Both the position numbers and the translations under genes were made by a program. Positions 28,434 to 38,122 of a stretch of 64,000 nt of DNA are shown here, piece after piece. Position 1 is the stretch's first letter, and each line of letters opens with the position of its first letter. The stretch comes from Candidatus Niyogibacteria bacterium (GTDB taxonomy: Bacteria > Patescibacteriota > Minisyncoccia > HO2-45-28). The notes under the pieces were generated by a model, which ran no database searches, was not told where the DNA came from, and saw only the letters and a program-made list of their open reading frames with translations. The stretch spans positions 77,466 to 141,465 of the forward strand of contig CP066691.1 in the NCBI GenBank assembly GCA_016432485.1. Direction: 5' to 3'.

Positions 28434-28745
28434 TTATTTAATAATTTGCATCAGCTGTTTGACCATGGAATTATCCTTTTTTAATTTATAACAAACCATT
28501 TGTCCCATTCTTGTTTTTTCGACCAGTTCAAGCATTTCCAGAACTCTCAACTGCTGGGATGCCGCGGATACCGTAATATCAAAAATGTTCGCCACATCGG
28601 TTACGCAAATATCGTGGTTCTCCGAAAGCAATTTGAAAATCCGAAATCTGCCAGGATCTCCCAGCGCGCCAAGAATGAGGGGCATCCGGTCCATATCGCT
28701 TGACAATTCTTTTTTTATCCTGTTTACCTGTTCTTTTGTAAGCAT
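28434..28745 (-). CDS. ArsR/SmtB regulator
   Basis: ALGDP.R..I, CV, SAASQQL..L, R.GQ..CY. Confidence 0.88.
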   Translation of the reverse strand: MLTKEQVNRIKKELSSDMDRMPLILGALGDPGRFRIFKLLSENHDICVTDVANIFDITVSAASQQLRVLEMLELVEKTRMGQMVCYKLKKDNSMVKQLMQIIK

Positions 28746-28749
28746 GTTA

Positions 28750-28802
28750 ATTAAGTAATTGCATAATTACTTAATCCTACTCCCAAGAAACTTTTGTGTC
28801 AA
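28750..28802 (-). promoter_or_regulatory. ArsR operon promoter with operator
   Basis: TTGACA-N17-TAGGAT on minus strand; palindrome ATTAAGTAATT-gcat-AATTACTTAAT at 28750-28775. Confidence 0.7.
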
Positions 28803-28803
28803 C

Positions 28804-28823
28804 CCTGCCTGCCGGCAGACAGG
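28804..28823. repeat. Short palindromic element
   Basis: CCTGCCTGCCGGCAGACAGG. Confidence 0.6.
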
Positions 28824-28844
28824 TGTGGATAAGCCCCGCCACTT

Positions 28845-28871
28845 AAAAAGAGCGCCCGAAAGGAGCGCTCT
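28845..28871 (-). terminator. Intrinsic terminator after aroE-like gene
   Basis: AGAGCGC stem with an A-run on its left (U-tract on minus strand). Confidence 0.55.
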
Positions 28872-28877
28872 ATAAAT

Positions 28878-29933
28878 TTAAGAACCCGCGGCTTGCTTCA
28901 TAACTTCGGCCACTTGTTCCTTGGTGATATTTTTTGCTTCCAAAACTTTTTGATTCACGAGCCAGAAGGCCTCTATTGCCTGATTCAAGACCATCGGTTT
29001 GCCGTCAAGCGTGGAAAACCCGGCCAATTTTGCCTCGCGAATGGTTGCGGTATCTTGATTGCGCAGCATTACATCCGAAATAATTGTTTCTCTATGCATA
29101 CTCTCCATAATTTGTTTTGCTTCTTTGAGATTATCGGCAATATGTTCGGGAGTTGCCGGCAACTCAATCGTTCCAAGAGCCGAATATTGGTCAAGGGGTG
29201 ATGTAGGATCATCGATTACGGAAATGACGAGGTCCGCATCGCGCACTTCATCCTGAATTAGTTCTCGTCCTCCAAACCGCGCGATATTTTTGCGGAAGTA
29301 AGTATTGACGCGCTCAGCTAAGTCCTCCGCTTTAGCCGCGGTTCTATTCAAAATCATAAGGTTGGCCCCTTCTTTAGCAAGAGCAAATGAGATTGCATTG
29401 GCAGTACCGCCGCCTCCTAAAATCACAACCTTTTTACCGCCTATTTGTTCTCCTCGCTCGCCTAATTTTTCTTTCACGCTTTGCGCATAACCAAGACCGT
29501 CTGTATTATAGCCCCTCAATATTCCGTTTTCTTCTTTAACCACAACATTTATGGCTTGCATCTCGCGCGCCAAAGGATCGACTTCGTCAATAATTTTCCA
29601 CGCGCGATCCTTAAATCCCACTCCCACGTCGCCACCAAGATACTTTCGGTCTTTTTTGAAAGAATTGAATATTACTTCAGAATTTTCCGGATCGCCGGCT
29701 AAACGAATGTTTCTGGTGTCAAAGCCGAAATGTTCATAGACGGCATTCCAAAGAAATGGCGTTCTTGCCTGGTAATCTTTATTGGCAATGCCAAGCGCAA
29801 ATTCCGGAAAATCAAGCATTTTGGGATTTTCTTTTGCATTTTCCCCGATTTTTACAATGCCCGATTCAATTAAAGTGTGCACTTGTTCCATATGTTGTTT
29901 TTCCTCCGGGTGTTCCATAGAAAATTTTATCAT
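28878..29933 (-). CDS. Shikimate dehydrogenase-like protein
   Basis: A.N.V, GYNTDG.G, GGGGTA, NRT..KA, DG..M...QA; N-terminus divergent. Confidence 0.75.
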   Translation of the reverse strand: MIKFSMEHPEEKQHMEQVHTLIESGIVKIGENAKENPKMLDFPEFALGIANKDYQARTPFLWNAVYEHFGFDTRNIRLAGDPENSEVIFNSFKKDRKYLGGDVGVGFKDRAWKIIDEVDPLAREMQAINVVVKEENGILRGYNTDGLGYAQSVKEKLGERGEQIGGKKVVILGGGGTANAISFALAKEGANLMILNRTAAKAEDLAERVNTYFRKNIARFGGRELIQDEVRDADLVISVIDDPTSPLDQYSALGTIELPATPEHIADNLKEAKQIMESMHRETIISDVMLRNQDTATIREAKLAGFSTLDGKPMVLNQAIEAFWLVNQKVLEAKNITKEQVAEVMKQAAGS

Positions 29934-30328
29934 AGATACTCAAAATAAATAAGGCTTACCACATCATCGTCTTGAAATGGTTTTTGATAGATCCATTCCA
30001 GTTGTTTTTTGGCGCTATTTTTGTCTTGACAATCCGGCAGACAGAATTGCAAATCGCGCGTTGTCAATTTTTCTATCTTTTTAACAATAATCTTTTGAAT
30101 TCTGACTTTTTGCTGAAAGTCATCAAATATCGGCTGAATTCCCTTGTCTTCTTGTCCGGGCCGAATGATAATTCGCACTGTCGCTATCTCGCCTTCTTGC
30201 GCGCCTTTGGGTTCCGGATAAATCCTAGTCCCCGGGCGCAGCGCCACTCGAAGCGTCCTATTTTTAATGCGCTCTTTATATTGAGCGCGAAACCATAATT
30301 CATAAGGTTTTTTTCTTGCTCCCCTCAT
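29930..30328 (-). CDS. Hypothetical protein, ASCH/PUA-like
   Basis: F...Y.E.I...R.G and LT..D..C..L..IY..V..I.FEY pattern. Confidence 0.5.
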   Translation of the reverse strand: MRGARKKPYELWFRAQYKERIKNRTLRVALRPGTRIYPEPKGAQEGEIATVRIIIRPGQEDKGIQPIFDDFQQKVRIQKIIVKKIEKLTTRDLQFCLPDCQDKNSAKKQLEWIYQKPFQDDDVVSLIYFEYL

Positions 30329-30389
30329 TTATAAAATAATATCACCATTTGAACATACATACAAATAGTGATATTTTAAAACGCGAAAA

Positions 30390-31184
30390 TCAATCCCATG
30401 CCTCTTTTTTAATCAGTTTAACGCCGGCCCCGCTCAACGCTTCTTGTGTGTCGTTCAGCATGGCTTTAAGTCCGCAGACATAAGCCGTGTATTGCTGAAT
30501 ACCGCCAACGATATCGGGAAAGTCGTTGCGAACTATAATGTCGTCTTTGTCGCGAATCACAAATCTGCCCCGGCCCCAATTCCAATCATCGTTTGCGTAT
30601 CTGGTTAGCGTCGGATAATATTTTATGTTGGGTAATCTTTTGGTAATATCCAACAATTCTTCGTGAAAGATAAGATGTTCTGTAGACCGGAAACTTCCCA
30701 ACAGCCAAACATCGGCATCCAAATTTTTGTCTTTGATGTATCTTACCATCCCGATAAACGGCGCGATACCGGTTCCTCCGCCTATAAACAAGAGTTTGCC
30801 TCCATCAATTTCCGCATCGTATAAAGTTATTTTTCCGTGCCTTACCCAATCTTTACTCGAGATCTCTATTAAATCCCTGCCGGAATCAATCTGCTGCAAT
30901 AGTTTGGAAACATGCGGTTCACGATCTTTCTCCACAATGGTTATTTCATAGAACGGCTGGGTGGGAGAGCTTGATAGAGAATAAGCGCGTATTTCCGTTT
31001 TATCGGACAAACTTTTAACCGTGCTGTCGGACTCTTCTTGAGATGCCGGCACGCGTATGTAAAGAAAGTCGCCCGGCCGATAGTCGGCTAACGCCTCGTT
31101 CTCCGGAACAAAACGAACGGCGCGCAGTTTCGGATTAAATTCAATTACTTCGGTGATTGTTGCCGGTACGACCTTAAGACCCAT
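30390..31184 (-). CDS. FNR-family FAD/NAD(P)H oxidoreductase
   Basis: RAYSLSS, GGTGIAPF, YVCG...M, terminal E.W. Confidence 0.85.
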   Translation of the reverse strand: MGLKVVPATITEVIEFNPKLRAVRFVPENEALADYRPGDFLYIRVPASQEESDSTVKSLSDKTEIRAYSLSSSPTQPFYEITIVEKDREPHVSKLLQQIDSGRDLIEISSKDWVRHGKITLYDAEIDGGKLLFIGGGTGIAPFIGMVRYIKDKNLDADVWLLGSFRSTEHLIFHEELLDITKRLPNIKYYPTLTRYANDDWNWGRGRFVIRDKDDIIVRNDFPDIVGGIQQYTAYVCGLKAMLNDTQEALSGAGVKLIKKEAWD

Positions 31185-31283
31185 GCTCGCCCCCCTTTTT
31201 GAAATGTCAAAAAACCACTTGAATACCTATTCAAATGATAATCCGAAAGCGAGAATTTGTCAAGCGTCTTAAAAATTTTAAAT

Positions 31284-31916
31284 TTATTTTGAAGCTCGCT
31301 CTCCAAGCGTGCCTCCGGGATGAAATTTGGCAAAATGTTCCTGCTTAAATCCTTTCATCTCCTGAAGTGCGCTTGATATCGCGTCCCCCAAGGCCGACTC
31401 AACTAGCGAGCTCGTGGTCGGAGCCAGATTAAAAGTGGTGCAGATTTTGCAGGCCTCTTCCCTGACATGGGTTAAAAGAATTATGTCCGCGAACTTCCCA
31501 AGCGCTGATTTTTCACCTGAGGTGATTGCTATAATCTTATTGCCGAATTTTTTTACAATATTCGCAAAATTAATAACCTCCGGCGTCCCGCCGCTATTAG
31601 AAATAATTATAATGACATCATCTTTCCCGAGCATGCCGAAATCGCCGTGGAGCGCCTCCACCGGATGGACGAAAAGACTGAAAGTGCCGGTGCTGGAAAG
31701 AGTGGCCGCGATTTTTCGCGCCACAATTCCGGATTTGCCTATGCCGGCAAGGACTATCTTTCCCTTCGCGCGATATAACAGCTCAACCGCTTTTACAAAA
31801 GACGAACCGAGTTTTTTCCCAACAACTTGAATCGCGCCCGACTCGTTCTTGAGGACTTCTTTCCCGATTTGTAAGACATTGATTTTGGGCTTTAATTTTA
31901 CAATTTTAGTCGGCAT
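31284..31916 (-). CDS. KpsF/GutQ-like SIS sugar-phosphate isomerase lacking CBS domains
   Basis: GIGKSG, HP.EALHGD.G, SNSG, APTTS, FHPGG.LG. Confidence 0.85.
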   Translation of the reverse strand: MPTKIVKLKPKINVLQIGKEVLKNESGAIQVVGKKLGSSFVKAVELLYRAKGKIVLAGIGKSGIVARKIAATLSSTGTFSLFVHPVEALHGDFGMLGKDDVIIIISNSGGTPEVINFANIVKKFGNKIIAITSGEKSALGKFADIILLTHVREEACKICTTFNLAPTTSSLVESALGDAISSALQEMKGFKQEHFAKFHPGGTLGERASK

Positions 31917-31928
31917 ATTATTTTTTTA

Positions 31929-32441
31929 TCAAACCAGTCCCTTATTTTGCTTTAATTTATAAGTTGATATCAATATGAGAAACGCACCGATTGCGGCTAA
32001 CATAAAAGTCAGCGCAAACGGCCAATACATTAAACTTATCAGAACAAGATAAAGAGCGTAAGAAACATGGTCAATCGGCCGACGAGGAAAAATAATTTTT
32101 TTCTCAATAATCATTCTTTTCATAAGCATTACTGCGCCCCAGATTACACCCGGCAAATACAGTAAAGCAAAAATAATATATTCCGATTTTAAAAACATCA
32201 CGAAATAAACTCCGATAAAAAACGCGAGGTCGGCCACGGTATCCAACATTTTTCCCTTAACGCTTTCTACGCGCCAATGCCGAGCCAAATATCCGTCTAA
32301 ACGGTCGCCGACTGCCTGAAATATAATAAAACCCAGAAACAAACCGCTTGCTCCTATCCAAAAATAGGCCGCGGCCGGTACGGCCAATATCAACCTCGCT
32401 AAACTAATGGTGTTGGGAATATATTTTTTAACTTTGTTCAC
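31929..32441 (-). CDS. CDP-alcohol phosphatidyltransferase
   Basis: PN.IS..R; D.LDG.LAR...G..LD..AD. Confidence 0.85.
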   Translation of the reverse strand: MNKVKKYIPNTISLARLILAVPAAAYFWIGASGLFLGFIIFQAVGDRLDGYLARHWRVESVKGKMLDTVADLAFFIGVYFVMFLKSEYIIFALLYLPGVIWGAVMLMKRMIIEKKIIFPRRPIDHVSYALYLVLISLMYWPFALTFMLAAIGAFLILISTYKLKQNKGLV

Positions 32442-33874
32442 CGGATGTAATACAAAATCTTTAACAATTTTTTAACAAACGGCGTAAGACGGCCGGCCAT
32501 ATGTTCACTGGCGGCTTTTCGATTGATTCGAGAAGCGACAGGATAGGGATATATTTTATCAAACAGGGCGTTAATTTTCAGTCCGGCGCTGTTGGCCAAG
32601 ATTAATTCCTGGACCATTTCTCCGGCATTTTTAGCTGCCATAGTGCCGCCGAGAATTTTTTTGTCAGAAGATAAAAACAGCTTAAGCATTCCGTCCGTGG
32701 ACTCGTCCACAATCGCGCGGTCGTCGTTTTTAAAAGATTTTCTTATCGTAGAATACTTTATCCGTTTTTTGTCTAAATCTTTCTCGCTTAGCCCGAATGT
32801 TGCTATCTCCGGGTCGGTATAAGTAACCCAGGACATTTTGTCGGTTTCCAATCTTTTCTTAAATGGCGAGAAAAAGTTCTTTAAAACAAGTTTTGCGTGC
32901 AATTCCGCCGCGTGGGTAAATTGGTGTTGTCCGGCAACATCGCCCACCAAGTAAATATTTTTATTTGTGGTTTTAAGATAAGAATCAACTTTTATTTTTC
33001 CGTTATCCATTTCAACGCCGGCTTTTTCAAGATTCAGCCCCTCTGTATTTAAAGATCTGCCCATAGCGACAAGCAGAGCGTCAAATTCCAAACTGATTTC
33101 TTTGCCGGTTCCGTCTTTAATAACAATTTTATTCCTATCCACAATCTTTTCCGGCCGGCTGTTCATATAAAACCTCATACCGTCCTCAGAGAGCTGTTTA
33201 AAAATAAAATCGGAAACTTCAGGATCTTCTTTATTTAAAATTGAATCGCCCCGAACCACGACCGAAACGTCTGAACCAAGATATTTAAAGGCCTGGCCGA
33301 GTTCCATTCCAATAGGACCGCTGCCAATAACCACCATTTTTTTAGGAAAGAAATTAATGTCAAAGATTGTTTCATTGGTAAATATGTTTGACGCGTCTTT
33401 GACCCCGGGAATATCCAGCTGTTTTGGGCGCGATCCGGTGGCTATTATAATTTTTCTGGCCTCATATTCTTCTCCGCCAAGAACAACGGCATTAGAAGAA
33501 ATAAATTTAGCCAAACCCAACTTAACGGTAATCCCTTTTTTACTAAGGGCTCGAAAATTTTCATCTTCTCTGATAATGCCCTGCTTTTCTTTTATGTACG
33601 CCGTGACCTTGCCGATATCAACTGCGCCGTTTGTTTTAAGCCCGAATCTCTCAACACCCTTTCCGTTTTTTATAATTCTTGCAACATGAATAAGCGCTTT
33701 TGACGGGACACAACCAAAATTCAAGCAATCGCCGCCGATGTTTCTGTCGCTTTTATCAATTAGAAGCGTCTTGAAACCGGCTTTATTCATAAATGAAGCA
33801 ACATTAAGACCGCCTGAACCAGCGCCAATAACAATAATATCAAAGGTTTTGTTTATAAATTCCCGCACGGGCAA
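32438..33874 (-). CDS. Class I pyridine nucleotide-disulfide oxidoreductase
   Basis: GAGSGG, GGDCLNFGCVPSK, GSGPIG.E, GD, FTH; no C-terminal Cys pair. Confidence 0.85.
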   Translation of the reverse strand: MPVREFINKTFDIIVIGAGSGGLNVASFMNKAGFKTLLIDKSDRNIGGDCLNFGCVPSKALIHVARIIKNGKGVERFGLKTNGAVDIGKVTAYIKEKQGIIREDENFRALSKKGITVKLGLAKFISSNAVVLGGEEYEARKIIIATGSRPKQLDIPGVKDASNIFTNETIFDINFFPKKMVVIGSGPIGMELGQAFKYLGSDVSVVVRGDSILNKEDPEVSDFIFKQLSEDGMRFYMNSRPEKIVDRNKIVIKDGTGKEISLEFDALLVAMGRSLNTEGLNLEKAGVEMDNGKIKVDSYLKTTNKNIYLVGDVAGQHQFTHAAELHAKLVLKNFFSPFKKRLETDKMSWVTYTDPEIATFGLSEKDLDKKRIKYSTIRKSFKNDDRAIVDESTDGMLKLFLSSDKKILGGTMAAKNAGEMVQELILANSAGLKINALFDKIYPYPVASRINRKAASEHMAGRLTPFVKKLLKILYYIR

Positions 33875-33877
33875 ATT

Positions 33878-34120
33878 TTATTTTACTCCCAACAAAACAT
33901 CAACTTTTTCTTTGTCAAACCCGACAATTATTTTACCGTCTATTTCCACCGTTGGCGTGGAGAGAAGCCCGCCGTTTTTGGCAATCATTTCTTCTCTTGC
34001 TTTCGCGTCTTCGCCCACATCCTTATTTTCATACCCAAATCCTTTTTCCTGAAGATACGCCTTCAGCATTTTGCAGGAAGGACAGGTGGAAGTTGAGTAA
34101 ATAGTTATTTTGTGTTCCAT
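33878..34120 (-). CDS. Glutaredoxin-like (YruB/NrdH family)
   Basis: CPSC, TP, GFD. Confidence 0.85.
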   Translation of the reverse strand: MEHKITIYSTSTCPSCKMLKAYLQEKGFGYENKDVGEDAKAREEMIAKNGGLLSTPTVEIDGKIIVGFDKEKVDVLLGVK

Positions 34121-34182
34121 AAAATTATATTGATAAGTTTTTAATTTCTAATTGTCGTTAGTTATTTCAGCTCTTCCGGCAT

Positions 34183-34863
34183 TTAGCTCATAGTCGCCTC
34201 TGTGCCGCCCCTGGTACCCACTCTGGCAAAATGCTTCTCCTGAAAAGCTAAGAGTTCGTCCTTGTGGTTTTTTATCAGCATGGCGTAATTCATTAAATTT
34301 CTGGCCGTAACGGCAATCATGGCTTTGGTGGCTTTGTTTTGACGGCGTTTATCCGCGTCTCCATTCATCCCGCCGCCGACTTCGCCCACCCAATACACCG
34401 CGGCTTCGGGCGGTATTACAAATCCAAGCCACTGCAAAAAATTAGACAGATTACCGACGATATGTTGCACACCATCCTCATGTCCCGTTATGACGATACC
34501 GGCCACTTTATGGTAGAGGTCTGATTTGTTGGTCATAACATACGACTCGTCAAAATGAGTCATTCGTTCTATAACGCGCTGAATCAAACTGGATTGCCCG
34601 CCCCACCAAATGGGCGTGGCAAAAATCACGATGTCCGCTTCGCGGATCGCATTAGCCAGACGGGGCCAATCGTCGCCGTCGGACATTTTTTCTAACAAGC
34701 CGACGGGTAAATTCAGATTGGCAAGACGGATTTTCTCTGTGGATATGTCATATTCGTTAAAATGCCTGAACAGGTCGTCAATCAGTTCGTCGGTATTGGA
34801 GGGTTCGTCGCCGGTTTTCAGCGTTCCCAAAAGCGCTAACGCCTTTATATTAAATTTTTTCAT
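34183..34863 (-). CDS. Flavodoxin-fold NAD(P)H-dependent oxidoreductase
   Basis: SNT..L, DDW, ATPIWWG, G.EDG. Confidence 0.75.
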   Translation of the reverse strand: MKKFNIKALALLGTLKTGDEPSNTDELIDDLFRHFNEYDISTEKIRLANLNLPVGLLEKMSDGDDWPRLANAIREADIVIFATPIWWGGQSSLIQRVIERMTHFDESYVMTNKSDLYHKVAGIVITGHEDGVQHIVGNLSNFLQWLGFVIPPEAAVYWVGEVGGGMNGDADKRRQNKATKAMIAVTARNLMNYAMLIKNHKDELLAFQEKHFARVGTRGGTEATMS

Positions 34864-35292
34864 CTAGATTAATTTTTTAACCTCTTCTTCTAATTGGCCT
34901 TCGACTCCAGGACCAAGAATATTAAAAACAATGTCGCCGTTTTTATCAATTAAGTAATACGCCGGCCAATTTTCCACTTTGTACGCTTTCCAATTTTGCC
35001 TTGCGTTATCGGTAAGCACCGGAAAATCCACTTTCAAAACTTTCATTTGTTTCTTGAGGGCTTCGATGTCCCGCTCAAAAGTTGTTTCCGGAGAATGAAC
35101 ACCAAGCACTATCAACCCCCTGTCTTTGTATTTCTTTTCAATCTCCATAATGCCAGGCAAATCCTGCTGGCACCAAGAGCACATAAAAGTCCAGAATTTA
35201 ATTAAAACCACTTTGCCTTTCAGGTCGGCGAGTTTAAGCGGCTCTGAATTGAGCCATTTTTCGCCATCGGTTATAAATTCCGGCGCCCTCAT
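34864..35292 (-). CDS. DipZ-type redoxin domain protein
   Basis: APEF..WLNS.PL, FWTFMCSWC, GVHSPE, WPAYYLID; start moved to MRAPEF. Confidence 0.85.
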   Translation of the reverse strand: MRAPEFITDGEKWLNSEPLKLADLKGKVVLIKFWTFMCSWCQQDLPGIMEIEKKYKDRGLIVLGVHSPETTFERDIEALKKQMKVLKVDFPVLTDNARQNWKAYKVENWPAYYLIDKNGDIVFNILGPGVEGQLEEEVKKLI

Positions 35293-35296
35293 ATAT

Positions 35297-36823
35297 TTAT
35301 TCCGTACAGCAGGAAAGTTTGTTGACATCCTTTCGGAATGACTGCGCGACCCATTTGATTGATTCGGCCATAGTGGGAAAGATAAATGTATTTTCAATTA
35401 TATCATCTAATTTCATACGATGCTTGATAATGAAACTGGCAACGGAAATGATTTCATCGGCTCTGGCGCCCGCCATATGGATACCGACGACTTCCTCGGT
35501 TTTTGAATCAATTACCATTTTAATTAAGCCGTCCGCCGCTTCTAGAATATGCGCCTTTGGCACAAGTTCCAAACTCAAGGTGCGGCAGCTGCATACTAGC
35601 CCCGTTTGCTTGACGATTTGAGCGTCAGTCAGGCCGACGCTCGCCAGCGGCGGGTCGGTGAAGATGGCGTGGGGTGCCGCCCGGAAATCAACTTTGATGC
35701 CCTTATTTTCCAAAAGATTAGACGCGGCAACAAAACCCTCTCTGCCCGCGACGGTTTCCAGTTTAAGATTAACCTCTTCGCCCGACTGATCCACCACATC
35801 GCCGGCGGCAAATATGTGAGGTAGGTCTGTTTGTAGAAATTCATTGGTTGCGACTCCGCCTCTTTCGCCGACACGAACACCGATATGCTCAAGATTTAAT
35901 GATTGGGTATTGGCTCTTACTCCTGATGCAACCAGTATTTTTTCTGCCTCAATAATAATTTCTTTCTTGCCCGCCGTAGCTTTACTGCGTCCTTCCGTAG
36001 CCTTTGGCGAAGGAGGAGCGGAGGCGGGGTCGCCAACCTCGACAGTTGCTTTAATAAGATTGCCGTTATGCTCAACACCCTTGGTTTTAGCGGAAGTATA
36101 AATGGTTGTGCCCTCTTTTTCTAGTTTCTTTTTCAGAAAATCTGAAAGCTCCGGCTCTTCGCGGTCGGCTATTTTGTCCGCATACTGCAAAACCGTAACC
36201 TTCGTTCCGAAACGATTGTAAATTTGGGAAAATTCAAGACCCAACGGCCCCCCGCCCAAAATAATCATTGATTTCGGCAACTCCTTCAAACTCAAGGCCT
36301 CGATATTGGTGAGATACGCGACTTTATCCAGCCCATCAATCGGAGGAATAAAAGTGGAAGAACCGGTTGAAATCAAAAATTTTTCTCCCGTAATTTTCTC
36401 CCCGCCCGCCGTAGCTTTAGCGGAGGCGGGGCCATTTATTTCAACCGTGTGCTCGTCAATAAATTTCGCGTCTCCTTCTTTAAGAGTTACATAAACCAGA
36501 AATTTAAGAGTTCCGGCATACGCCTTTCCCTGAAGTTTGCGGATTAGCGCGTCTTTGGATTCAACGACTTTTTTAAAATCCAAATCCGGCACACTGCCGG
36601 CTACGCCGTCATACTTGCTGTAACGCGCGTTCCAATAGGATTCGGCCACAGTAAGCAATCTTTTTGACGGCATACATCCGACATTAATGCAGGTTCCGCC
36701 CAAAGGAACTTTTCCGCCCGATATCATTAAAGTTTTAATCTTCAAAGAATCCGCCTTGATGGCAGCCGCGAAACCCGCGGCTCCGCCCCCGATGATGATA
36801 AACTGATAGTCGTAATTTTTCAT
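35297..36823 (-). CDS. merA: Mercuric reductase-like (no NmerA domain)
   Basis: GGTCINVGCMPSK, IFPTMAE, C-terminal KLSCC vicinal cysteines. Confidence 0.75.
   Translation of the reverse strand: MKNYDYQFIIIGGGAAGFAAAIKADSLKIKTLMISGGKVPLGGTCINVGCMPSKRLLTVAESYWNARYSKYDGVAGSVPDLDFKKVVESKDALIRKLQGKAYAGTLKFLVYVTLKEGDAKFIDEHTVEINGPASAKATAGGEKITGEKFLISTGSSTFIPPIDGLDKVAYLTNIEALSLKELPKSMIILGGGPLGLEFSQIYNRFGTKVTVLQYADKIADREEPELSDFLKKKLEKEGTTIYTSAKTKGVEHNGNLIKATVEVGDPASAPPSPKATEGRSKATAGKKEIIIEAEKILVASGVRANTQSLNLEHIGVRVGERGGVATNEFLQTDLPHIFAAGDVVDQSGEEVNLKLETVAGREGFVAASNLLENKGIKVDFRAAPHAIFTDPPLASVGLTDAQIVKQTGLVCSCRTLSLELVPKAHILEAADGLIKMVIDSKTEEVVGIHMAGARADEIISVASFIIKHRMKLDDIIENTFIFPTMAESIKWVAQSFRKDVNKLSCCTE
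35966..36028 (-). mobile_element. Nested in-frame hairpin mini-element in merA (63 nt)
   Basis: Sense CCCGCCTCCGC[33 nt]TAAAGCTACGGCGGG-CAAG; encodes PASAPPSPKATEGRSKATAGK. Confidence 0.85.
36401..36430 (-). mobile_element. Simple in-frame hairpin mini-element in merA (30 nt)
   Basis: Sense CCCGCCTCCGCTAAAGCTACGGCGGG-CGGG; removal gives EINGEKITGEKF. Confidence 0.85.
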
Positions 36824-37137
36824 ACTTTTAATCGCCCCTTAAGAATTTGCACCAAGGGAGTTTTCCTTAATTTATAATACACATTGCGGAAATCTCGACG
36901 GCGCTCCACAATGTCCGCTTTTTGTAATTTTTTAAGGGTGTGTGAGACGGCAGAAATGGAAATGCCGACCACCTCGGCAATGTCTCCGACGGACAGTTCC
37001 TTGTGCCGGCACAAAAGATAACAAATTTTCAGACGCGTCGGGTCGCCGACCATATTAAATTCCCGCGCGCAGGCAATAATGGCGTTTTTATCGTTAAGTT
37101 CCTTTTTGAGATTATTTTTATTCCTACTTGAGCTCAC
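36820..37137 (-). CDS. ArsR/SmtB regulator coupled to merA
   Basis: GDPTR.KI, SAVSH.L..L, RR....VYY; GTG start 6 nt after TTGTAC-N17-TATCAT. Confidence 0.85.
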   Translation of the reverse strand: MSSSRNKNNLKKELNDKNAIIACAREFNMVGDPTRLKICYLLCRHKELSVGDIAEVVGISISAVSHTLKKLQKADIVERRRDFRNVYYKLRKTPLVQILKGRLKV

Positions 37138-37199
37138 GTTCAAATGATAACAAAATAAATATAAAAGTACAACAAGCATCAAAACTTAGACCCCAATAC

Positions 37200-37224
37200 A
37201 AAAGCCGGGCAAGCTCGGCTTTTT
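37200..37224. terminator. Bidirectional terminator
   Basis: AAAAGCCGGGC-aa-GCTCGGCTTTTT. Confidence 0.6.
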
Positions 37225-37249
37225 ATAAAAATATTCTTAACCTATAGGT

Positions 37250-37837
37250 CTAATTTTGGTGGTATTTGCTTGGTAAATTTTTCCGTCCCCACAGCATTGT
37301 CTCGGCCATCCAGATAAGTTCTTCCAAAAATTCATCAGCGCGTTGATTATACGCGTCGTCTTTCAATTTACCGTCGCTATCAAAAGTATTTTGAACTTGC
37401 GGAAAATTCAGATTGGAGAAAGTGACCGCCAGCCCCAGTTCTCTTACCACCGGAACAAGCGACTCAACGGCCCTGGTTCCTCCCCAGGGACCCGCTGAAA
37501 CACCCACAAGTCCGACTGCCTTATGCACATATTCCCGAAGCACGACATCCAAGAGCGATTTAAGCGTCCCGGGATAAGCGTGATTATATTCCGGAACAAC
37601 AACAACAAGCCCGTCGGCCTTTATTATCGCGTCGCGATATTCGGAGAATTTTCCCTTATCTTTAAGTGCTTGTCCGTAATCATTTGTCGGAAAGTTAAAG
37701 TCGCGGACATCAAAAAGTTTTGTCTCAATCTTTTCATGCCCGTTCATCCTGTCATATAAAAACTTGGCGACATTTTCGCTTTGCCTGCCTTCCCGGTTTG
37801 TTCCAAGAATTACCGGTATAAATAATTTTTCCGTCAT
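37250..37837 (-). CDS. NADPH-dependent FMN reductase
   Basis: GT.R.GR.S, PEYNH..PG.LK..LD, GG.RA. Confidence 0.88.
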   Translation of the reverse strand: MTEKLFIPVILGTNREGRQSENVAKFLYDRMNGHEKIETKLFDVRDFNFPTNDYGQALKDKGKFSEYRDAIIKADGLVVVVPEYNHAYPGTLKSLLDVVLREYVHKAVGLVGVSAGPWGGTRAVESLVPVVRELGLAVTFSNLNFPQVQNTFDSDGKLKDDAYNQRADEFLEELIWMAETMLWGRKNLPSKYHQN

Positions 37838-37863
37838 ATATTTGAGTTTTATTATTTATTAAA

Positions 37864-38100
37864 TTATTTAATTCCCAAAAGGCCGGAGAGCCGTTCTTTG
37901 TCAAAGCCGACCGTGAGTTCGCCGTCGATATCCGTCACAGGCACGCCCATTTGTCCCGACTTTTTAATCATTTCCTCGCGCGCCGCGGCGTCCGAAGCAA
38001 CGTCTTTTTCGGAATATTCAATATTATTTTCCTTGAAGAACGCCTTAGTCATCTTGCAGTAGACGCACGAAGGGGTGGTATAAATTGTTACATTTTTCAT
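37864..38100 (-). CDS. Glutaredoxin-like (YruB family)
   Basis: CVYC, SGQMGVP, GFD. Confidence 0.88.
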   Translation of the reverse strand: MKNVTIYTTPSCVYCKMTKAFFKENNIEYSEKDVASDAAAREEMIKKSGQMGVPVTDIDGELTVGFDKERLSGLLGIK

Positions 38101-38122
38101 AATTTTTATTTATTTTTTTAAT

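Noticed and set aside
32438-33874. Second mercuric reductase
   Set aside because: Lacks the C-terminal Cys pair; called only as a class I disulfide oxidoreductase.
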